DNA from: Oikopleura dioica
Taxonomy: Eukaryota; Animalia; Chordata
DNA length: 64,000 nucleotides
Reading direction: 5' to 3'
Assembly (NCBI GenBank): GCA_907165135.1
Contig: OU015569.1
Coordinates: 310,001-374,000 of the forward strand
Numbering within the stretch: position 1 is the stretch's first letter; each line of letters begins with the position of its first letter. The notes beneath the pieces were generated by a model. That model saw only the letters and a program-made list of their open reading frames with translations. It did not search any database and was not told the DNA's origin. Positions 58,596 to 64,000 of the stretch are shown here, piece after piece. Made by a program: the position numbers and the translations under genes.

Positions 58596-61500
58596 TTAAT
58601 ATATGAATATTTTTTGATAAAAGTTTTTTTTATATAAATTCAATAATTCTGCCTCTGGTAGTTTTTTCTGCGAGAAGATCTTGTATCGGAAGTTTCTGGT
58701 GATGTCCTCTGTGTTTTCGAGTTTGATGATGTATTGGCCACTTGGCGCGCCTTGCTCAAGAACCGCCGCGACTAGATCGTGCGTGGCGTCGTTTTTGAAC
58801 GAGATTTCGCCCTTTTCGAAGCAGCAGCGGATTTCGGTGCTGTTTGGCAGTCGCAAGAACACTTCTCGGTTTTGGATGCGGCCGTCGACGGTCGCCCGCA
58901 GCATCGTCATTTCGCTGTCTCGCTGGAAATGCACCAGCTCGATGCCGAAAGGACTCAAGCTCAGAGTTCCGACTTGCGTGTTCGACTGGATGAGACTCTG
59001 GACACTCCTGCGAAGGCGCTGCTCTGGCGACTCTTCGAAGCTCTGCCCGTGGCCGAGGTAGACTTGTCTGTCCACAGTGGCAGTGATGTTGGGCCCACTG
59101 GCGATCACGCTCACCATCGAGGGCTTGCCGTCTTGATTCAAGTCCACCAGCGCCGTGTAAACGCCGTCGTTTTCGTAAATGTCGTAGCCGATCCCGTCGT
59201 CGTAGAACTCGATCGTCTTTTCCGACAATTGATCGTCGTCCAGCTCCGAATGAAGAACCCTCCCGTAGATTTTCGCCGAGACAATGGCGTTCATCCTTTC
59301 AGAGAGCTCCGCGAAAACGAGCGCCCGTTCCTCAGAAATTCTCATCGAATAGGTGTTCAAAGAGACTTGCCCGTACAGTTTCGACGGTTTAGCGGTAATC
59401 ATTACAGTCACTACTTGATCCTCCTCGGATTTCGCGCCTTCCATTCGGAAAAAGAAGCGGTCGATTCTGAGTATGGCAAAATGACGATGTTGTAGAGGCC
59501 GGTTTTGGAAAGTGGCTTCGAAATGAGCACTTCGAAGATGTTGGTGTCCCAGTAGCGCTTGAACTCGGCATTGTACTTGAAACCGTACTCGCTGCTGATC
59601 TCGTCCGTTCCGTCCGGAAAGATGATTTTCTGAACTGTTGGCACTTCTCCGGACAAACAAGTCATAAATATCCGCATCGATTCTGATTCATGGTGAAATT
59701 TTTGCGCAAAATTGATTATTTGAAATCAACAAGGAGAACCTACTTTCTGAAAAAGTTTCTGAAAATTTGCACCAAAGTTGCCTGTGGAACTTTCGACGTT
59801 GAAAGGAATGATGAGTTCTTCGTTTCTGAGAGTAAAGTGGCCGGAGAGGATTGTGACGACTTCGTCCTGCAGTTCCTGGAACTGTTCCAGCAGCGCGTCT
59901 TGCAAGCCAACGATAATTTGCTCCGGCGGACGAGGAGCAGCGGGCGTGAAGATAAACTTTCCCCCAGTCGCGTCTGCGATCCTCTTGCCGCGCTCGGCAC
60001 CGGCCGGTCCAAGCGCGATCACGTGCACCAGGACGTTCTTTGTCTCCAGCTCACGCAGCAGTTTATTCAAACTGGCCTCGCCGCCCTCGACGTCGTTCAC
60101 GATCACAATGATTTCGCCATCCCTGCCGTTCAGCAATTGCAGCGCGCGTTCGACCCCGACCGCCATTTTCGCCCGCCCGCCGACTTTTTCCCGCTTTGGC
60201 AAGCGCTCCACCATCTTGTCAAAGACTTTCTCGAGGGTGGCCATCGTCACTACTTCGATTTCGTTGAAGGTGCAGATGCCCAGCTGCGTGTCTGACGAGA
60301 AGGATCGAATGAATTGCGTCGCCGCCTTGTTCACTGCTTCAAAACGGGCGAAGCTCATTTCCTCTCCTTGAGCAGGTTTCTTCATTCCCTCCGAAGTGTC
60401 GATCGCCAGGACAATGTTTCGATGCGTCTTTCTCATCACTTTTACTGACATTTCTGCAAAGGCGAACGGACTAGATTTGCCCTTGAGATCTTGGCAGGAG
60501 TCAATCACGCTCCAAACAGATCGGCCATCGCAGTGAGCATTGTGAATGGTCGGCGCGAAGGGATCGTGCGCCGCGCCCGCAGATACGTCCTCGTTGTCCT
60601 CTCCCCGGCAGAATCTTTTCAAAGCGCCGGAACGAGTGTACATTATCGACGCCGCCTCTTCTGACTGTTTGGAGCCCGGTTGGAAATAACAGGCTCCGGA
60701 TAATTTGTCCCGTTCACTGCAAGACCCACTGGGGCCTTCTTTTCCAACAGCTTTGCCCTTAGAAATGAGCTTCATAATAGCTTCATAAACGATGAAAAGT
60801 TCCACTTAAAAGCCCTTCCTGAATATCAGCCGAGCACTTGGTCGCCTGAATTTTCCGATCGCTGTCAAAATAGAACTCGTGCTTGGGGCTAATCGGGGTT
60901 TCGTCGAAAACGCCAAAGCGTAACTTGGCGAATTGAGCCACGAAATCCCCGCCAAAGTTTTCCTCGTCTTTTTAAAAATAGTTTAAAATGATTTTTATAA
61001 ATTATTTTCTCTACCATTATTTAGATAAGACTCAGAGACGCGAATGGATCTTCCTCGTTGTTCGCAGGGAGACGTTTTCACGGTATAAATCAAGGAGCCG
61101 CCTTAACATTCAAAATACTCGAATAGAAGATGACTCATTCACCTTCTCTGCCGGAAGAAAAGACCTGCATGTCCGCCGATCCAAAGTGCTTGTTGCTCGT
61201 TTCGCCATCGAAACTGATGCCAGTAATATCAAGTTCTTCTCTCTCCGGTTCTTTCCAATGACTCGGCACGACAATCACTGCATCTCGAATGAATGTGCGC
61301 CCTTCCGTTACCTCGAACAACTGCCTGGATCCTTCCTGTAGCTTGCTGATTAACCTCTGCAAAAAGGTTCCAAATCGAGCGCTTGAATTTCCGAGCAGAT
61401 GAGTCATTCTAGCTGCGAAGCTTTGGAACCTTGCTCTGCACTAGCTGATAGCTTTGACCGACCTCATTGCTGATTGCGACTGTGAACTGCGAGTAAGTAC

Positions 61501-61600
61501 TGTCTTGGCGCGTGTGCAATTTGTTCGGCGCGGAAAAAGCGCAACTGTAAAAAGTGAAAAAGCAAAATCATCGGCCATCTCAATCTTCGATCTTCGATCA
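58596..61600 (-). CDS. CLCA (chloride channel accessory)-like protein with VWA domain; ends approximate; apparent frameshift at 59449-59453
   Basis: YSQFTVAISNEV; QLFEVTEGRTFIRDAVIVVPSHW; LRFGVFDE...IQATKCSADI; ASIMY...FC...HDPFAPTIHNAHCDGRSVWSVI; VWA NIVLAIDTSEGM; FYDDGIGYDIYENDGVY. Confidence 0.85.
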
Positions 61601-62036
61601 TTGAAAAGAAGTGCCCTTTTGATCTCTGAACTGCTCTCTTTTTCGACTGACTATGTTTTGCATGCATCTTGTCGAAGACGAGAATCAATAAGGTTTGTTT
61701 GGAGTTTGAATGTCAAATGCTCAACGTCAAGAAAGAGTGTTGTTGTTAATTATTCCCTTGATTGCGAATTCAAAATCGACTTCGAGAAACAATCAAAGAA
61801 ACAAGAGGCGATTGGGTTCTATTGGCAGTTTTTCTGCCCTGATTTGCAAAGAAATGAGAAAAGTCCCGATACCAGCAATTTCGACTGAAATCAAGGAAGA
61901 GTCTTTTTGTACTGGGCAGTAGCATCAACAATTTATTGCCTAACAAATTGGTTCCAGGGAATAACTGTAAAAGCGACAAAAATAAAGACGAGTTGTTTTC
62001 TCCCTGCAACAGTTTTTGAACTTTGGAATCGGTTGA

Positions 62037-62904
62037 TCACTTCTTCATGTCCCCAATGTCTTCTATCATATCCGCCGGAATCTGAAAAGAATTTGAGGTT
62101 TCATTTGACTATGCGCGGCTCTTTTTCCTGTGAAATAAAAAAGCCGCATGCGGCTTTATCGTCATTTCTCCAAGCCGCAAGCGGCTACTTTAATTTGGAC
62201 TTACAATTTTAAGAAAATAATGAAAAAGAGAGGTGAAATTTACCTTGTCTCCGAATTTCTCGAGAATGAGGTCTATAACTTCGTCGATAAAGTCTCCCTG
62301 AATGACGATTTCGTCGGCTTTTTCGTTGCTAGAAGTTCCGCATGCAAATTTCGATCCGAAAATCTTCGCTGTCTTTTTTAGATCAAGCTGAAATAAGCGG
62401 AAGTTAAAGAAAGCTCTTGCGTTCTCAATTCTTACTTCATAAGAGTGGAGTCCCGTCACGTGGGTGACTGCCTTCTTTCGGCCTCTCGGGACGCGGCCGA
62501 CTTTCACTTTTGCGGCTCTGCCTTCTTTTTGGCTTTGATGTTTCCTCGGCCGCCGCGCGATTGGGATTTCTTCTTTCCTTCCGTTTCTTTGATTTCGAGT
62601 CCGCCAATGTCGATGTCTTTGTTCGCTGCTTGCTAACAGAACAAATGACCATCTCGATCAAAACCTCGTAAAAGAAACGAACCTCTAAGGCTTGTTTTCT
62701 CATCTCCTCGGAAAGGTACTCGACGTATTCGAGCGGCATCTCGCAGTCGCCAAGGTAGGTAACTTTGACGGGGAACTCCTCGATCGCCTTGATCTTGTGC
62801 CATCGCTTCTGGAGCGGGTTCATCTCCTCAAATGGAATATCCGGCAGCTGGTAAGTAGCTGGGTGCGCTGGTGGCCCGTCCTCGATTTCTTCGCAGTCCG
62901 ACAT
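62037..62904 (-). CDS. DENR: Density-regulated re-initiation factor (SUI1 domain)
   Basis: PVKVTYLGDCEMPLEYVEY; RVPRGRKKAVTHVTGL; LDLKKTAKIFGSKFACGTS...DEIVIQGDFIDEVIDLI; ends IEDIGDMKK. Confidence 0.9.
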
Positions 62905-63108
62905 TTTTCAACTTCTAAAAATTGATGAAAGAGACGAGACTTTTTGATAAAGGAGTGTGTGAGAGAGATTAGGCACGAATGTGGCGGTCACTGCGGCAGA
63001 AAGTTGCAAGCAAAAAAAAAAGAAAGCAAGAAAAAGACGAGAAACGCGCAACAGAAACATGTGCAAAAATGAGAAAATAAATTAGCGGCTGTGTTTTTTG
63101 ATTTGCTA

Positions 63109-63364
63109 AAATCCGACCTTTTTTCCGACGTTTTCTCTCAGACTTCACAAAGGAAAGAGTTCTCTACTGAAAATTTAACTGCTGAAAGTCAAGAAGCCGC
63201 TTGCGGCTTCGAGCGAAACAAAGGCGTAAGCCGCGCAAGAGAGCTCGGCTTTTCGCCTCTTTCGCTCGAAGCAGCATGTCGTTACTCGATTTTTAGCAGT
63301 TAAATTTACAGTAGAGAACTCTTTCTTTGAGAAATCTGAGGGAATTCGCCAGAAAGACGGATTT
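63109..63364. repeat. Intergenic foldback element/MITE
   Basis: AAAGAGTTCTCTACTG(A)AAATTTAACTGCT pairs with AGCAGTTAAATTT(A)CAGTAGAGAACTCTTT, with AAGCCGC/GCGGCTT in the core. Confidence 0.7.
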
Positions 63365-63797
63365 GGTTATACACTTGGTGTAAAAATAAATAGGCGGTAG
63401 TATTGTTAGCAAGAAGCATATTTTTTGTTGAATAAATTATAAAAATAGAGCTTTAAATAAATATAAAAAAAGATGATGGGTTGAACGGTTTTTGTGTAAT
63501 AAATAAATTAGAAACGTTTTTTGATTTAAAATTTGAAATAGAAAATGAACTTCACGAACAAAATTTGCCTAAAATTCAGAAAAATGAGTGTTCATGAAAA
63601 CGAAAATCAGCAATTTGAAGAATTGCGGTGGCAGAGTGCCCTTTTGGGAGCGCTGGGGAAGCGACAGTGGAGATAAATGTGGATTGATAAGTGGCAGCTC
63701 GGGAAATAGGAGCCCATGTCGAAAATAGTAGAAGTTGGCGACTCGGGGCTAGAAAAATGCTTGATTTTTAAAAGAAGAATGAGCTGGGCTCACCTTA

Positions 63798-64000
63798 TTA
63801 ATCATCAGATTCGGCGGCGTTCTTCTTCCAGTAGTAGTAAAGGATTACAATATCCTTTATCTGCTTCTGGGGAAGTATTCGTCCTTGATCACCTGCCACT
63901 TGGGGCCGTGCTTCTTCAGTGCTTTTTCGAAAATGGGAATGTCGCGATCCGTAAAGTCCAAATGGTCGGGAATCCAGTCGCAAGGCTTCACAACGCAGAT
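63798..64000 (-). CDS. 3' end of a SANT-domain protein (MTA/RERE/MIER-type), truncated by the window
   Basis: FTDRDIPIFEKALKKHGPKWQVIKDEYFPQKQIKDIVILYYYWKK-NAAESDD-stop. Confidence 0.7.
   Translation of the reverse strand, partial: LRCEALRLDSRPFGLYGSRHSHFRKSTEEARPQVAGDQGRILPQKQIKDIVILYYYWKKNAAESDD

Noticed and set aside
19195-59453. Programmed ribosomal frameshifting or pseudogenisation of GSTZ1, USP and CLCA
   Set aside because: There is no shared slippery/stop context and the genes are otherwise intact. One-base-short homopolymers are the typical long-read error.

Overview
This is a compact, intron-containing eukaryotic window, not prokaryotic DNA. Introns of about 35-120 nt, GC-AG and GA-AG introns, intergenic gaps of 45-400 bp with an AG acceptor just before the ATG, and Thr/Cys-rich mucin-like genes best fit a larvacean tunicate (Oikopleura). 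That taxonomic call is an inference. About 30 genes are present. A minus-strand run (PUF60, USP, ATPAF1, RYK, IMMP1L, an RNA-dependent RNA polymerase, a RING protein, SPT16, CATIP, PRKCSH-like, MTRR) and a plus-strand run (EIF3B, IMPase, GNPNAT1, TSR2, ORC2, UFC1, GSTZ1) diverge from a 345-bp gap, consistent with two back-to-back trans-spliced operons. The rest holds SAM synthetase, a roughly 1,900-aa mucin/oikosin-like protein built from a Cys-rich module I cannot assign to a family, a multi-NDK-like protein, a second Thr-rich gene, a C-type lectin/FN3/TM gene, a CLCA-like gene, DENR and the end of a SANT gene. Several MITE/foldback families are present, mostly in introns. The main highlights are an intron-bearing eukaryote-type RdRP with an intact DLDGD motif in a probable chordate, the 9-copy Cys module, PUF60 apparently lacking its UHM, and MITEs carrying AP-1 or CCAAT motifs. 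Several single-base homopolymer frameshifts look like assembly errors. Exon models were built by eye from remembered homologues, so gene ends marked approximate are uncertain.
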